NCBI GenBank assembly: GCA_021295755.1
Contig: JAGWBT010000001.1
Coordinates: 2,349 to 66,348 of the forward strand
DNA from: Candidatus Poribacteria bacterium
Lineage (GTDB): Bacteria; Poribacteria; WGA-4E; PCPOR2b
DNA length: 64,000 bases
Reading direction: 5' to 3'
The notes beneath the pieces were generated by a model, which worked only from the letters and a program-made list of their open reading frames with translations, had not been told where the DNA came from and searched no databases. Both the position numbers and the translations under genes were made by a program. Every line of letters starts with the position of its first letter. The first letter of the stretch is position 1. Shown here one piece after another: positions 45,843 through 55,629 of this stretch.

Positions 45843-46847
45843 ATGGATATTCTTGGAATTGAGACTTCGTGTGATGAAACCGCTGCTGCAGTTGTCACTG
45901 ACGGTAGAGAAATCCGATCTAATATCGTCGCTTCACAGATAGAACTCCACGCAAAATATGGTGGGATCGTACCTGAGATTGCCTCTCGCAAACATGTCGA
46001 AGTGATAAACTATATTGTCGATCAATCAATGGCGGAAGCCGGCTTGCGGTTCGATGAACTTGACGCAATCGCTGTGACAAACCGTCCCGGCTTGATTGGC
46101 GCACTTCTCGTCGGGGTTGCTGCTGCAAAGTCGCTCGCATACTGCCATAACCTACCACTTCTGGGGGTTAACCACATTGAGGGACATATCTACGCAAACT
46201 TTATGGAGCATGAAGTGCTGCCTTTTCCGCACGTCTGTCTCACTGTTTCAGGTGGGCATACCCTTTTGGTCGAGGTACGAGAGGGTTGGAAATATGAAAT
46301 TCTCGGCACAACCCAAGATGACGCAGCTGGCGAAGCATACGATAAGGTTGCCCAATATCTTGGACTCGGTTTCCCAGGCGGCAAGATAATTGATGATTTG
46401 GCGAAAGAGGGTGACAGCAACGCAATCCAGTTTCCGCGTCCGATGCTTGACCGTGATAACTACCAATTTAGTTTTAGTGGAATCAAAACTGCTGTCCGAT
46501 TTTTTGTCGAAAAGGCGACCGCAGCCGGTACTCTGCCACCGATTGCGGACATCGCGGCGAGCTTTCAGGCAGCGGTTGTGGAGGTGCTTGTGGGAAAAAC
46601 TATCCGGGCGGCGAAAGCAAAGAACCTTAAGGCAATTACTTTAACAGGAGGCGTCGCAGCGAACCGCCAGCTGCGCGAATCAATGCGTGAGGCGGGGACG
46701 GAAATCGGTGCCGAAGTTTACTATCCCCGCATTCAACTCTGCACCGACAACGGTGCGATGATCGCCGGAGTGGCCCATCACAAATATCAGGATGGATTGA
46801 GAGACGCCCTCGACTTGAACGCATTTGCATCTGCAGCTATTGTATAA
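45843..46847 (+). CDS. tsaD: tRNA N6-adenosine threonylcarbamoyltransferase
   Basis: MDILGIETSCDETAAAV N-terminus; Kae1/TsaD metal-binding HxxH (HIEGH). Confidence 0.9.
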   Translation: MDILGIETSCDETAAAVVTDGREIRSNIVASQIELHAKYGGIVPEIASRKHVEVINYIVDQSMAEAGLRFDELDAIAVTNRPGLIGALLVGVAAAKSLAYCHNLPLLGVNHIEGHIYANFMEHEVLPFPHVCLTVSGGHTLLVEVREGWKYEILGTTQDDAAGEAYDKVAQYLGLGFPGGKIIDDLAKEGDSNAIQFPRPMLDRDNYQFSFSGIKTAVRFFVEKATAAGTLPPIADIAASFQAAVVEVLVGKTIRAAKAKNLKAITLTGGVAANRQLRESMREAGTEIGAEVYYPRIQLCTDNGAMIAGVAHHKYQDGLRDALDLNAFASAAIV

Positions 46848-46882
46848 AACGTAAGATTTAATCTCCGCAATCTCAACTTCTA

Positions 46883-47509
46883 GTGCCCGAACCTCCAAGA
46901 ATTATGAACCAATCCGATGATCTTCACATCAACCAAGCCATCGCGACTTTGAATGGCGGTGGTGTAGTCGCGTTTCCAACCGATACGGTATACGGCGTCG
47001 GTGTAGATCCTTTTCAACCGGAAGCCGTGCGAAAGCTATATAAGATCAAAGGCAGACCCATCGACAAGCCGATTCCAATCTTGGTTGGATCCACCGACGA
47101 TGTTGAACGCGTCGCTCAAAATCTGCCATCAACCTTTTCTCAACTTGCGGAACGATTCTGGCCCGGAGGATTGACGCTGATTGTCGAAGCAAAGGCGCTG
47201 CCGCCCGAAGTTACGGCAGGCGGGGATACAGTTGGTATCCGCATGCCAGACCACCCGCTAGCACTTGCACTTCTTCAGCGTTTTGGCGGTGCGATTGCAA
47301 CAACTAGCGCAAACAAATCCGACGAACCACCAGCGACTTCAGCCGAGGAAGTCCAATCCGAACTTGGCGCACTAGTCGGCATTATCCTTGATGGTGGACA
47401 AACAGCGACGAGAATAGCCTCGACTGTTCTGGATCTTTCCGTGTCTCCGCCGCAAATACGAAGGCAGGGCGGCATCTCGATAGGTCAACTTTCCCCTTTT
47501 ATAAGCTAG
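46883..47509 (+). CDS. tsaC: L-threonylcarbamoyladenylate synthase (YrdC/Sua5 family, short form)
   Basis: VVAFPTDTVYGVGVDPF YrdC signature; 208 aa, no Sua5 C-terminal domain; immediately follows tsaD. Confidence 0.85.
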   Translation: MPEPPRIMNQSDDLHINQAIATLNGGGVVAFPTDTVYGVGVDPFQPEAVRKLYKIKGRPIDKPIPILVGSTDDVERVAQNLPSTFSQLAERFWPGGLTLIVEAKALPPEVTAGGDTVGIRMPDHPLALALLQRFGGAIATTSANKSDEPPATSAEEVQSELGALVGIILDGGQTATRIASTVLDLSVSPPQIRRQGGISIGQLSPFIS

Positions 47510-47570
47510 CTTTAATCAACTAAATCTATTTCTATTATATTTTTAATTCAAAAAAATTAGGAGTCTAACT

Positions 47571-48392
47571 ATGGAGATTTCTCTTGGAGGCTGGAGTATT
47601 AACCGACGTTTCAGAGATCAGGAGAACCCACTTTCCCTACTCGACTATCCACAACTGTCACGCGATGAATTCGGCATCCATGCAGTGGAGCTAAACAGTC
47701 CTTTCTTTCGATACGAGGACCCGGACAATCCGGCAGAAAGTGGGATTGCCGATGCATATGTCGATGAGCTCGGTCGCCGAGCCGACAGTGTTGGAGTGAG
47801 GATGCTCAGTATTGCGGTTGATGGTCACGGTAACCTGTCTGCCCTCGACGAAGATGAGCGAGAGCAAGCAGTACAGAACCACAAGAAATGGTTTGGTATC
47901 TGCCAGAAACTGGGATGCAATGCTTTTCGTGCCAACAGCGGTGGGAGCCACGGTGCTAATGCAACGCAGGCAGAGATTGGGCAGTGCATCAAGAGTTTCC
48001 GGGAGCTCGCATCCGTTGGGGAAGATACGGGCATCCGTGTAATGATGGAAAATCATGGCGGTGTATCTGTCTCACCGGATAACATTGTACAGGTTATGGA
48101 AGCGGTGGATAGCGCATATTGCCGAGTGCTAGCGGACTTTCTCAACTGGAGGCCCGAGGACGATAAAGTAGAGAACTTGAGAGCGGTCGCCCCTTATAGT
48201 TGGGCAACCCATGCGAAATTCCTCAGTTTCGATGAAAATGGGGAGTCGAACGAAATTGACTGTAAGAGTGTCATGGAAATTTTTAAGGCGGTCGGATACA
48301 CCAATCCCTTCGGGATCGAGTACGAGGGTCAAACAGACGATCACGTAGGAGTGGTCAAGAGCAAGGCACTCATTGAGAGATATGCGTACTAG
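47571..48392 (+). CDS. sugar phosphate isomerase/epimerase (xylose-isomerase-like TIM barrel)
   Basis: 273 aa; MMENHGG and E/H metal-ligand pattern of AP_endonuc_2 family. Confidence 0.8.
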   Translation: MEISLGGWSINRRFRDQENPLSLLDYPQLSRDEFGIHAVELNSPFFRYEDPDNPAESGIADAYVDELGRRADSVGVRMLSIAVDGHGNLSALDEDEREQAVQNHKKWFGICQKLGCNAFRANSGGSHGANATQAEIGQCIKSFRELASVGEDTGIRVMMENHGGVSVSPDNIVQVMEAVDSAYCRVLADFLNWRPEDDKVENLRAVAPYSWATHAKFLSFDENGESNEIDCKSVMEIFKAVGYTNPFGIEYEGQTDDHVGVVKSKALIERYAY

Positions 48393-48450
48393 CTTTAAAG
48401 GGTAGATAAGATTGTTTGCCAATCCCCCTAGTCGGTGCGGAAACGATAAC

Positions 48451-48831
48451 ATGAAGGATTTTAGTACGAAATACCTGCCGGACACCCCCGATGCTATCGC
48501 CCCGGACGGCTCAAATGTCCGTGTCTTACTGGAGCTTGCAGCGGGTAGTATGGCTCATTTTGAACTAGCACCGGGAGAAAAATCAGGTGCCGTTACGCAT
48601 CGGACCGTTGAAGAAATCTGGTATTTCCTCAGTGGCTGCGGCGAAATGTGGCGGAGACAAGGTCAGAGCGAAAAAGTAATCCCGGTGCACGCCGGTATCT
48701 GCATTACAATCCCTCTGGGAACTCACTTCCAGTTCCGAGCATTCGGTGATGAACCTTTGGCAGCGATTGCAGTGACGATGCCCCCTTGGCCCGGTGAGTG
48801 CGAAGCCTATGTTGTCGAGGGAAAATGGTAG
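48451..48831 (+). CDS. cupin domain protein
   Basis: Small beta-barrel protein with cupin motifs (G.K...H.H..EE.WY.L.G.G). ATG 48451 preferred over the TTG 48412 of the track. Confidence 0.6.
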   Translation: MKDFSTKYLPDTPDAIAPDGSNVRVLLELAAGSMAHFELAPGEKSGAVTHRTVEEIWYFLSGCGEMWRRQGQSEKVIPVHAGICITIPLGTHFQFRAFGDEPLAAIAVTMPPWPGECEAYVVEGKW

Positions 48832-48969
48832 GCGACCGTTCCACGAAAATCCAGAGAATCGGACAGGGTTGAAGCTGTATGGCGAGAACATCTCAGAATC
48901 CAATAGTCGACCATCACCAGCTGCAAATATACTTAGTGCTCTTGAAGAAAGGTAACCATCGGGTAAACT

Positions 48970-50082
48970 ATGTCAACAATCCATAATAGACTCAAAATCG
49001 GAGCCGCCTCAGATGTCGGAATGTCACAAGATGTGCTCTTGCGGGCGGAAAACATTCTCCAGTCCGAAATTACTAATCGGCGAATCACCGCAGCGGCGTT
49101 GACTGTGGTACGCAATCAAACAATCGTCCACGCGAAAGGCTATGGGCATCTGACACCCAACACAGATTCAAATTTAGTCAAGCCAGATTCAGTTTTCCTG
49201 TTAGCATCGATAACCAAACCGGTTACGGCTTGCGCCTTGATGTTGTTGGTTGATCGGGGGCAGGTTTCGCTCGACGATCCGGTCTCCCTCTATCTGCCGG
49301 AGTTTCAGGGTGGTGAACGCCATAAGGTGCGTGTCCGGTATCTGCTATCGCATACTTCGGGTATGCCGGACATGCTCCCTGAAAATACAGAGTTACGCCG
49401 TGCCCACGCGCCGTTAAGCGAATTCGTCCGCCGTGCGGCTCAAACACCGCTGCTTTACTCACCTAACACAAATTTCAGTTACCAAAGCAAAGGCATCCTG
49501 CTAGCGTCAGAGATTGTAGAACGGGTTACAGGACAACGGCTACGAGATTTTGAAGAAGCAGACATCTTCCAGCCACTTGGAATGAGGGATACCGCATTGG
49601 GTCTTGGGCGATTTAAGATCCACGAAACAGTATGGTGTGGGACGTCCATGGAAGAAAACGAAGACCAACAGCGTTTCGGACCAAATAGTGCTTATTGGCG
49701 CGATTTCGGCAATCCGTGGGGCGGGATACATAGCACCGGACCAGACCTTGCAATCCTATTACAGGCAATGCTCAATGGTGGTGGGTACGCTGGAAAACGT
49801 GTTTTCAGTCCGGCTGCAGTGAAAGCCATGACAACGGATCAGAACGAGACGCTGAATGCACCGTGGGGGTTAGGTTGGGGATTGGCGGCTTCAAAGGCGT
49901 GGAATTACTTCGGCGAACTAGTCTCCCCCACGACCTTTGGTCACACCGGTGCAACCGGCACGGTGGCATGGGCAGATCCCGAGCAAGAGCTACTATGTGT
50001 GATTCTGACAAATCAAATGGTGGATAATGGGAGTTTGCTCCGCCGGGTTTCCAACGTGGTTGCATCTGCAGTTGTCTGTTAA
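48970..50082 (+). CDS. serine hydrolase of the beta-lactamase/transpeptidase family (class C-like esterase)
   Basis: S-x-x-K active-site motif (LASITKP), YxN-like and HTSG motifs. 370 aa. Confidence 0.8.
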   Translation: MSTIHNRLKIGAASDVGMSQDVLLRAENILQSEITNRRITAAALTVVRNQTIVHAKGYGHLTPNTDSNLVKPDSVFLLASITKPVTACALMLLVDRGQVSLDDPVSLYLPEFQGGERHKVRVRYLLSHTSGMPDMLPENTELRRAHAPLSEFVRRAAQTPLLYSPNTNFSYQSKGILLASEIVERVTGQRLRDFEEADIFQPLGMRDTALGLGRFKIHETVWCGTSMEENEDQQRFGPNSAYWRDFGNPWGGIHSTGPDLAILLQAMLNGGGYAGKRVFSPAAVKAMTTDQNETLNAPWGLGWGLAASKAWNYFGELVSPTTFGHTGATGTVAWADPEQELLCVILTNQMVDNGSLLRRVSNVVASAVVC

Positions 50083-50105
50083 TATCGAAGGACGGAGGAA
50101 CTCTT

Positions 50106-51812
50106 ATGACCCTAATTGATTGGCTGCTCGTTCTAGTAATCAACGGTGGCATTGTCCTATACGGAATCATTGTCTTCAGAGGGCAGCGCGAGAGTTTTGA
50201 CTGGTATCTGGCAGCCAAATCTATACCTTGGTGGGTCGTTGGGTTATCCGCTTTCTCGACCGCGGTAGATAGCGGCGATTATGTGGCGATTGTCGGTGGT
50301 TCCTACACACTCGGGCTATCCCAGTTGTCCCAATGGTGGCTAGGGATCGCCGTCGGATGGTTCGTCCTGAGCTTTTTTGTGATTGTGCCAATGTATCGAT
50401 CCGGAGTTTTTACCAATGCGGAATGGCTTGAGTTCCGGTTCGGTCCTGCAGCCCGATTTCTATCCGTCCTGATCAACATTCAATCTCGGACCAATGTGTT
50501 GGGCAACATCTTCTTTTCCACCTTTCTGGTCCTTAATATTGTGGCGGATATTGAGAGGCGCTGGAGCTGGCTCATTGTCGTTGCCGTTGCGTTCACTGCG
50601 ATTCTGTATATTGTGCGGGGTGGTTTGAAAGCGGGAGTTGTCACCGACGCACTGCAAAGCGTTAGCATGATCGTTGCAGCCTTTGTCCTTTGGGGTGTGG
50701 TGTGGGTGAGTGCCGGTGGCTGGAAAGGGTTGAATCAGAAACTTGCCACAATAGATGCTCAACTGCCCGAAACCCTGCTACATGTAGGCGGATATTCTCC
50801 GCCCGGCGTACCTCCCGTTTTGGTGGTCTTTGGGCTTATCGTCGTATTAACGATGTATGTGCTGATTAATCAATACGAAGCCATCCGATTTTTGGGTGCA
50901 CGTTCCGAATGGGATTTCAAGATGGCAGCTCTCGTTGCTAGCGTCGCGACAGCGGTGTGTCTGTGGTTTAACGTCAGTTTAGGCCCCTTGGCACGGGCGG
51001 ACTTCCCCACACTAGAGATGAGTGACCAAGCCTATCCCCTGATGCTCAAAAGCTATCTGCCGACAGGTCTAATCGGCTTGGTACTAGCCGGACTAGTAGC
51101 TGGAGGATACTCAACCTTCGATTCTATCGGCATTGGGATCTCAAGCCTCTTTGTTCGGGACATCTACGCCCGTTTCATCATAAAGACTGGCTCCGATGCC
51201 CACTATACCCGCGTCGGTAGAATAACGGTTCCTTTTATCATTTTACTTGGATTTCTATATGTGCCGTTTCTTAAAGGTGGAATGGTGCTGTTCTATCTGC
51301 GTTTGGCTGGAGCGATACAGGTGCCGCTCATGACGGTTATCCTGATGGGCGTTTTTACACGGGTACATCGAGGGACAGGCATCATCGGGCTTGCAATAGG
51401 CCTGATTTACGGTATCTCGGCGATTATAGCGGACGCGAAGGGTTGGGCACTACCTGTTTGGTATACCAACACTTGGTGGGCTTATCTGTGGAATTTGATA
51501 CTGCCAGCGGGGAGTATGCTGATTGCTTCAAAGGTTATTGATTGGTTGCGCGGTCCCGTCGAGGAAGAACAAATAAAAGGTTTAGTCTACGCTCAGAACG
51601 AGCCAACAACGGATCTCCGAGAATTGATGGCGAGTCGTTTGAAAGTGCTTGAAGGTACATGGCTTCAAAAAACATTGCGGGAAGCACCAATTCGACCAAG
51701 ATATCCTTTTGAGGTGCCGAAAACGGGGCTACGCTGGTTCCAACGTCCGGGACTGTGGGCGATTATTTACCTTGCCATTGCCTGCTACTTGCTCTTTATT
51801 CTGCTTTGGTGA
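50106..51812 (+). CDS. sodium:solute symporter family (SSF) transporter
   Basis: 568 aa, about 13 TM; N-terminal pattern (…YLAAKSIPWWVVGLSAFST…) typical of SSF/SGLT transporters. Confidence 0.85.
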   Translation: MTLIDWLLVLVINGGIVLYGIIVFRGQRESFDWYLAAKSIPWWVVGLSAFSTAVDSGDYVAIVGGSYTLGLSQLSQWWLGIAVGWFVLSFFVIVPMYRSGVFTNAEWLEFRFGPAARFLSVLINIQSRTNVLGNIFFSTFLVLNIVADIERRWSWLIVVAVAFTAILYIVRGGLKAGVVTDALQSVSMIVAAFVLWGVVWVSAGGWKGLNQKLATIDAQLPETLLHVGGYSPPGVPPVLVVFGLIVVLTMYVLINQYEAIRFLGARSEWDFKMAALVASVATAVCLWFNVSLGPLARADFPTLEMSDQAYPLMLKSYLPTGLIGLVLAGLVAGGYSTFDSIGIGISSLFVRDIYARFIIKTGSDAHYTRVGRITVPFIILLGFLYVPFLKGGMVLFYLRLAGAIQVPLMTVILMGVFTRVHRGTGIIGLAIGLIYGISAIIADAKGWALPVWYTNTWWAYLWNLILPAGSMLIASKVIDWLRGPVEEEQIKGLVYAQNEPTTDLRELMASRLKVLEGTWLQKTLREAPIRPRYPFEVPKTGLRWFQRPGLWAIIYLAIACYLLFILLW

Positions 51813-51824
51813 AAGGGAAGTGTA

Positions 51825-52022
51825 ATGGGAAATTCGGAAGACACTAAGAAAGCCAAGCAATTTGAAAGGCTGTACACGGCCCTCCTCGTGCTGCTCGTGG
51901 CAATTCTGCTGCTGGTCTCTATACTTTATACATCCCGTTTGTGGCTGGTGAAAGTTGTAATCGCGGTGATACTACTCGGTATTGGTGGGTTCTTTGGTCA
52001 GAGATACGTACGCGAGCGATGA
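51825..52022 (+). CDS. small two-TM membrane protein, possibly SSF-associated
   Basis: 65 aa; RBS AAGGGAAG. Starts 12 nt after the symporter stop. Confidence 0.45.
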   Translation: MGNSEDTKKAKQFERLYTALLVLLVAILLLVSILYTSRLWLVKVVIAVILLGIGGFFGQRYVRER

Positions 52023-52075
52023 CCTGCTAATCCAGCCCGAAAAATCATCGGAATTCAGCCTTCCTTTCTTGGAGC

Positions 52076-53203
52076 CTAGCGGAACCAATCATAATTAAGC
52101 GCCAAAGATCTGTCTGTTAAGGGTAAATCTACCCGCACACCTCCCTGCGCAGCGGACTGCTTTAGCGCGATTTCGACCTCAATTGCTATGGCAACCCTCC
52201 TGCCCGAGTTTTTAGGCTCATCTAGCCTGCCTTCTATGCAATCTATGACATCCGCCAGTCCGTAGATTGATCCGTAGGGACCAACAAACTGCGGATCGGG
52301 CCACGGTGTCTCCACCCTGTTGACGCCGGAAGCTGTTTCGATATCTTGCCATAACCTAAATCCTGTCGCCATTGTGGGAATAACTATCTCACCGCTCGTG
52401 CCGGTTAAGCGCAGATGCGGTGCACCCGGTCGAAAATAAACCGCCAAGTCACTTTCCGTAACCATCATCCCTTGACCAGCGAATTCATCGCTACCACCGG
52501 GGCCTTTGAATTCATCCGTGCCAGTACCACGGCGCTCCTGATCACCGATACCGATAACCCACGCAGGATCGCTATCCAAAAAGTAAGACCAGCTCTGGTG
52601 TTGTGCACCAGGCCGCGGCGCTTCGATCGAAATGAGCTTGCCAATTGCACCGTTCGTAGCCAATTCCTTTGCCTTCGCGAACGACGGATGCGTCGTTGAA
52701 ATGGAACCACAGTTGAGAGGTACACTGGCATCGGCACACGTGTTTACCATGCGGTCAGCCTCCTCAAGCGTGTGCGCCATCGGCTTGGCTGTTACAATCC
52801 CCTTTGCGCCGTTCTTGACTGCCAAACAGGTTAGGTCAGCTCGTCCCTTTACGTTTGTGGCAACAGCGACGAGATCCAGTTGTTCGGTGCGCAGCATTTC
52901 GACCGCATCAGTGTAGAGCGCATTTATACCGTATCGTTCCTTAAATGCCATTAACCGTTTCTCGTCGCGATCAGCTGCCGCAACCAAATCTACCTCCGGG
53001 CGATTCCAAAGCGCCTCCGCATAACTAGTGGGTAGACCTTCTTTCCCGGGGTGAGCATGATGATAGATTTTGCGATGAATCTCCAGGTCGGGCGTAGGGC
53101 GATCAGCGTCATCAATGTTGAAAAAGTCACCGATTCTTTCCGCCATATCGTAGAGCATTCCCATCCAGCCCAGACCAATGACTCCTGCACGATACTTTGC
53201 CAT
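52076..53203 (-). CDS. Gfo/Idh/MocA family oxidoreductase (paralog of 35152..36258)
   Basis: MAKYRAGVIGLGWMGMLYDMAERIG N-terminus; same motif architecture as the 35152 gene. Confidence 0.8.
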   Translation of the reverse strand: MAKYRAGVIGLGWMGMLYDMAERIGDFFNIDDADRPTPDLEIHRKIYHHAHPGKEGLPTSYAEALWNRPEVDLVAAADRDEKRLMAFKERYGINALYTDAVEMLRTEQLDLVAVATNVKGRADLTCLAVKNGAKGIVTAKPMAHTLEEADRMVNTCADASVPLNCGSISTTHPSFAKAKELATNGAIGKLISIEAPRPGAQHQSWSYFLDSDPAWVIGIGDQERRGTGTDEFKGPGGSDEFAGQGMMVTESDLAVYFRPGAPHLRLTGTSGEIVIPTMATGFRLWQDIETASGVNRVETPWPDPQFVGPYGSIYGLADVIDCIEGRLDEPKNSGRRVAIAIEVEIALKQSAAQGGVRVDLPLTDRSLALNYDWFR

Positions 53204-53243
53204 ATTTAGTTCTCCTTATAGTATAGTCTCTGATCCTTACATT

Positions 53244-53660
53244 TTAGATTTCTTCTTCCGCTTCCAGTATCATGGCAGCAAAGGTGATGATATCTTCTTG
53301 GAAAGCTTCAGTAAAATCTTCCGCGCGCTTCTTTTCTGCAAACCGGTTGAATACCGTTTCTAACGCTTGGATGAATTCTTCTGGGCTGCCCGCCTCCTCT
53401 GCCTGTTGTTTCATCTGCTCTAGGATAGTCATCTTAGCTGCTTCTTCGCGTTCTGCTTGTACTTCCTGTATGGATTTGTCAAACGTAACCCGAAGTGTTT
53501 CGACGATATGATATGCCATAGAACGGCTATACTTCTGGGCATCCCGTTTTGTGCCCTCATAAATATCAAGAGGTAGCAATAGGCTTATCTGCTTCTTTAG
53601 TGAATCTTTAGACTGGCGATATTCTTTCATTGGAATCCTCGCAATTATTGGCATGGGCAA
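53244..53660 (-). CDS. hypothetical acidic helical protein downstream of integrase
   Basis: 138 aa, Glu/Ala-rich predicted helices, no motifs. Co-directional with the recombinase gene. Confidence 0.45.
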   Translation of the reverse strand: MPMPIIARIPMKEYRQSKDSLKKQISLLLPLDIYEGTKRDAQKYSRSMAYHIVETLRVTFDKSIQEVQAEREEAAKMTILEQMKQQAEEAGSPEEFIQALETVFNRFAEKKRAEDFTEAFQEDIITFAAMILEAEEEI

Positions 53661-53769
53661 GCTGCGTTAAAAATAATATCTACATCACTAAATATAGTAT
53701 ACCAATGAAATGCACGAATGTAAAGTGAAATTATCCGCAGAAAAAGAACATGCAGTATTATGTAAAATA

Positions 53770-54678
53770 CTAATCCTGAGAAATGCTTTCCATGGTAATA
53801 TGCAAATCACGTTCTGTAGGAATAGTATAAACTGAAGTAGTATTAATGTTGGAATGCCCTAATATCTTTGCGACTCTATCAATCGACTGCCCAGCATCAA
53901 TAAGATTTTTGGCACAGGTGTGCCTAAATACGTGCGGAGACAGATTGTCTATTTTTGCTTTATACGCATATTTCTGTATCACATATCGAACGCCACGATC
54001 TGTCAGCGGCATCCGCTTCTGCCCGTAAAACAGAAAACGCTCCCTTTCAGGATTAGATCCGGCTATATAGATGACCTCTTCATTGTTATCAAATGATTTT
54101 ATAAAATCCTTCAGAACACCTATGGCAGTTGAGTTTAAGGGCACATTGCGGCGTTTCGTTCCTTTACCCTCACGCACTGTAATCATATTACTATTCGTTG
54201 ATATTCTAATATCAGAAACTCTCAGATTGCAAAGTTCTCCAACGCGTATGCCGGTATGCAGCAGCATTGTAATAATCGCTAAATCCCTCAAATTGCCTGA
54301 TCTGCGTACCGCCCGCAATAACGCTAGCTGCTCTTTACGTTCCAAAGCTCGTGGGGCAAGCGGTTCTTCCGCGACACTTCGTATGCCTTCAGCGGGGTTA
54401 CTGGCAATGAGGTCGTTTTGCTGTGCCCACTGGCAGAAGCTTGAAATACTTATCAAACTGCGATTAATGGTCGATGGCTTCTTATCCCAGTCCAGCATTG
54501 CATTTCTATAGTCGATAATCTCCATCGGCGTAATGTTTTCAAGATTCAGTGGTTCTCCTGTGGTTTGTTGGAACCAACGTGAGAATGAGCTAAGATCTGT
54601 CATGTACGCCTTGATAGTCTGCTCGGACTTATCTTGGTCATATAGATAATCGCGGTAATCCTGTAACAAATCGTCCAT
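53770..54678 (-). CDS. tyrosine-type site-specific recombinase/integrase (XerC/XerD-like)
   Basis: N-terminal SAM-like core-binding domain. C-terminal catalytic residues R...HxxR...Y (…HVFRHTCAKNL…LGHSNINTTSVYT). Confidence 0.85.
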   Translation of the reverse strand: MDDLLQDYRDYLYDQDKSEQTIKAYMTDLSSFSRWFQQTTGEPLNLENITPMEIIDYRNAMLDWDKKPSTINRSLISISSFCQWAQQNDLIASNPAEGIRSVAEEPLAPRALERKEQLALLRAVRRSGNLRDLAIITMLLHTGIRVGELCNLRVSDIRISTNSNMITVREGKGTKRRNVPLNSTAIGVLKDFIKSFDNNEEVIYIAGSNPERERFLFYGQKRMPLTDRGVRYVIQKYAYKAKIDNLSPHVFRHTCAKNLIDAGQSIDRVAKILGHSNINTTSVYTIPTERDLHITMESISQD

Positions 54679-54690
54679 ATTTCACCTCTC

Positions 54691-54820
54691 CTTATCGGAC
54701 ATATTTTTTAAGAATTCAGTGTTTATGCGGGTTAGAACGCCGTAGTTTTGTGATTCGTTTCACTTATCGGATATTTTGCGGGGATATAATGTCCGATAAG
54801 ATTAGTTATCGGACATTTTA
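54691..54820. repeat. cluster of four copies of a about-15-bp motif TTATCGGA(C)AT(A)TTTT (three direct, one inverted) immediately upstream of the recombinase start
   Basis: Direct copies at 54691-54707, 54763-54777 and 54806-54820; inverted copy at 54788-54800. The last two form a 13-bp inverted repeat with a 5-bp spacer. A TATAAT hexamer lies at 54786-54791. Confidence 0.7.
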
Positions 54821-54849
54821 CGGAAGAAGGTGGTAGTAGCTGACGCCAA

Positions 54850-54876
54850 AATGGCTAAAATCGCTGATTTTAGCCA
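54850..54876. repeat. perfect 12-bp inverted repeat ATGGCTAAAATC-gct-GATTTTAGCCAT followed by TTTT
   Basis: Read directly from the sequence. AT-rich stem with a 3-nt loop, so more likely a protein-binding palindrome than a strong terminator. Confidence 0.6.
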
Positions 54877-55097
54877 TTTTAACCCAAATTCCATTCTGCA
54901 TCAACACTTTTCTCGTCACTCATTCGCAGGTTCATTCGTTTATGTGTTTGGACTTGACATCAAATTCGATGAATGCTATCATCCAAATATTCAGTACCTC
55001 GATGAAAAGCTAGAACCAACACCGGCTTCGGCAAGTGACTACTAGTGATAATGGTGGTTATGTTCACTCCTAAACTTACGAATTATGTTTTATCAAT

Positions 55098-55547
55098 ATG
55101 TCGATAATCCTTGGTTTAGACATTGGCGATGCACGAACTGGTGTTGCCATTAGCGATGAGTTAGGCATAGCTGCCCATCCACTCTGCACTATTCGACGCA
55201 AAAGTAGAAAAGCGCTGCTAGCAGAGTTACAGCAATTGGTTACTGCCCACAATGTTGAACAGATTGTCGTCGGGCTGCCGCTTCAACTCGATGGTGAAAC
55301 GGGGACTCAAGCAAAAAAGGTAAAACAATTCGCAGAAAAGTTGGAGCAGCAAGTCAATCTGCCGATTGCCTTTTGGGACGAGAGTTTTACCACCTTTGAA
55401 GCAGCACGGATTCTACACGGGACCAAAAGAAGGCGTAAAAAGCGGAAGCAAGTTATCGATCAGGTTGCCGCTGTACTGATTCTTGAGGGATATCTGGAGG
55501 AATTACGCAATTCAAAGAGGAAAGGTCAAGTCAACGAGTGTGAATGA
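55098..55547 (+). CDS. ruvX: Holliday-junction resolvase-like YqgF/RuvX (pre-16S rRNA nuclease)
   Basis: ILGLDIGDARTGVAISD N-terminal RNase H-like motif; 149 aa. Confidence 0.9.
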   Translation: MSIILGLDIGDARTGVAISDELGIAAHPLCTIRRKSRKALLAELQQLVTAHNVEQIVVGLPLQLDGETGTQAKKVKQFAEKLEQQVNLPIAFWDESFTTFEAARILHGTKRRRKKRKQVIDQVAAVLILEGYLEELRNSKRKGQVNECE

Positions 55548-55629
55548 TGTCATTAAACGGATTGTTGTGCATACGCTTCAATCCATACACCAATTTTCTA
55601 ATTGCTTGACTTTTGTGGAATAAGCCTCA

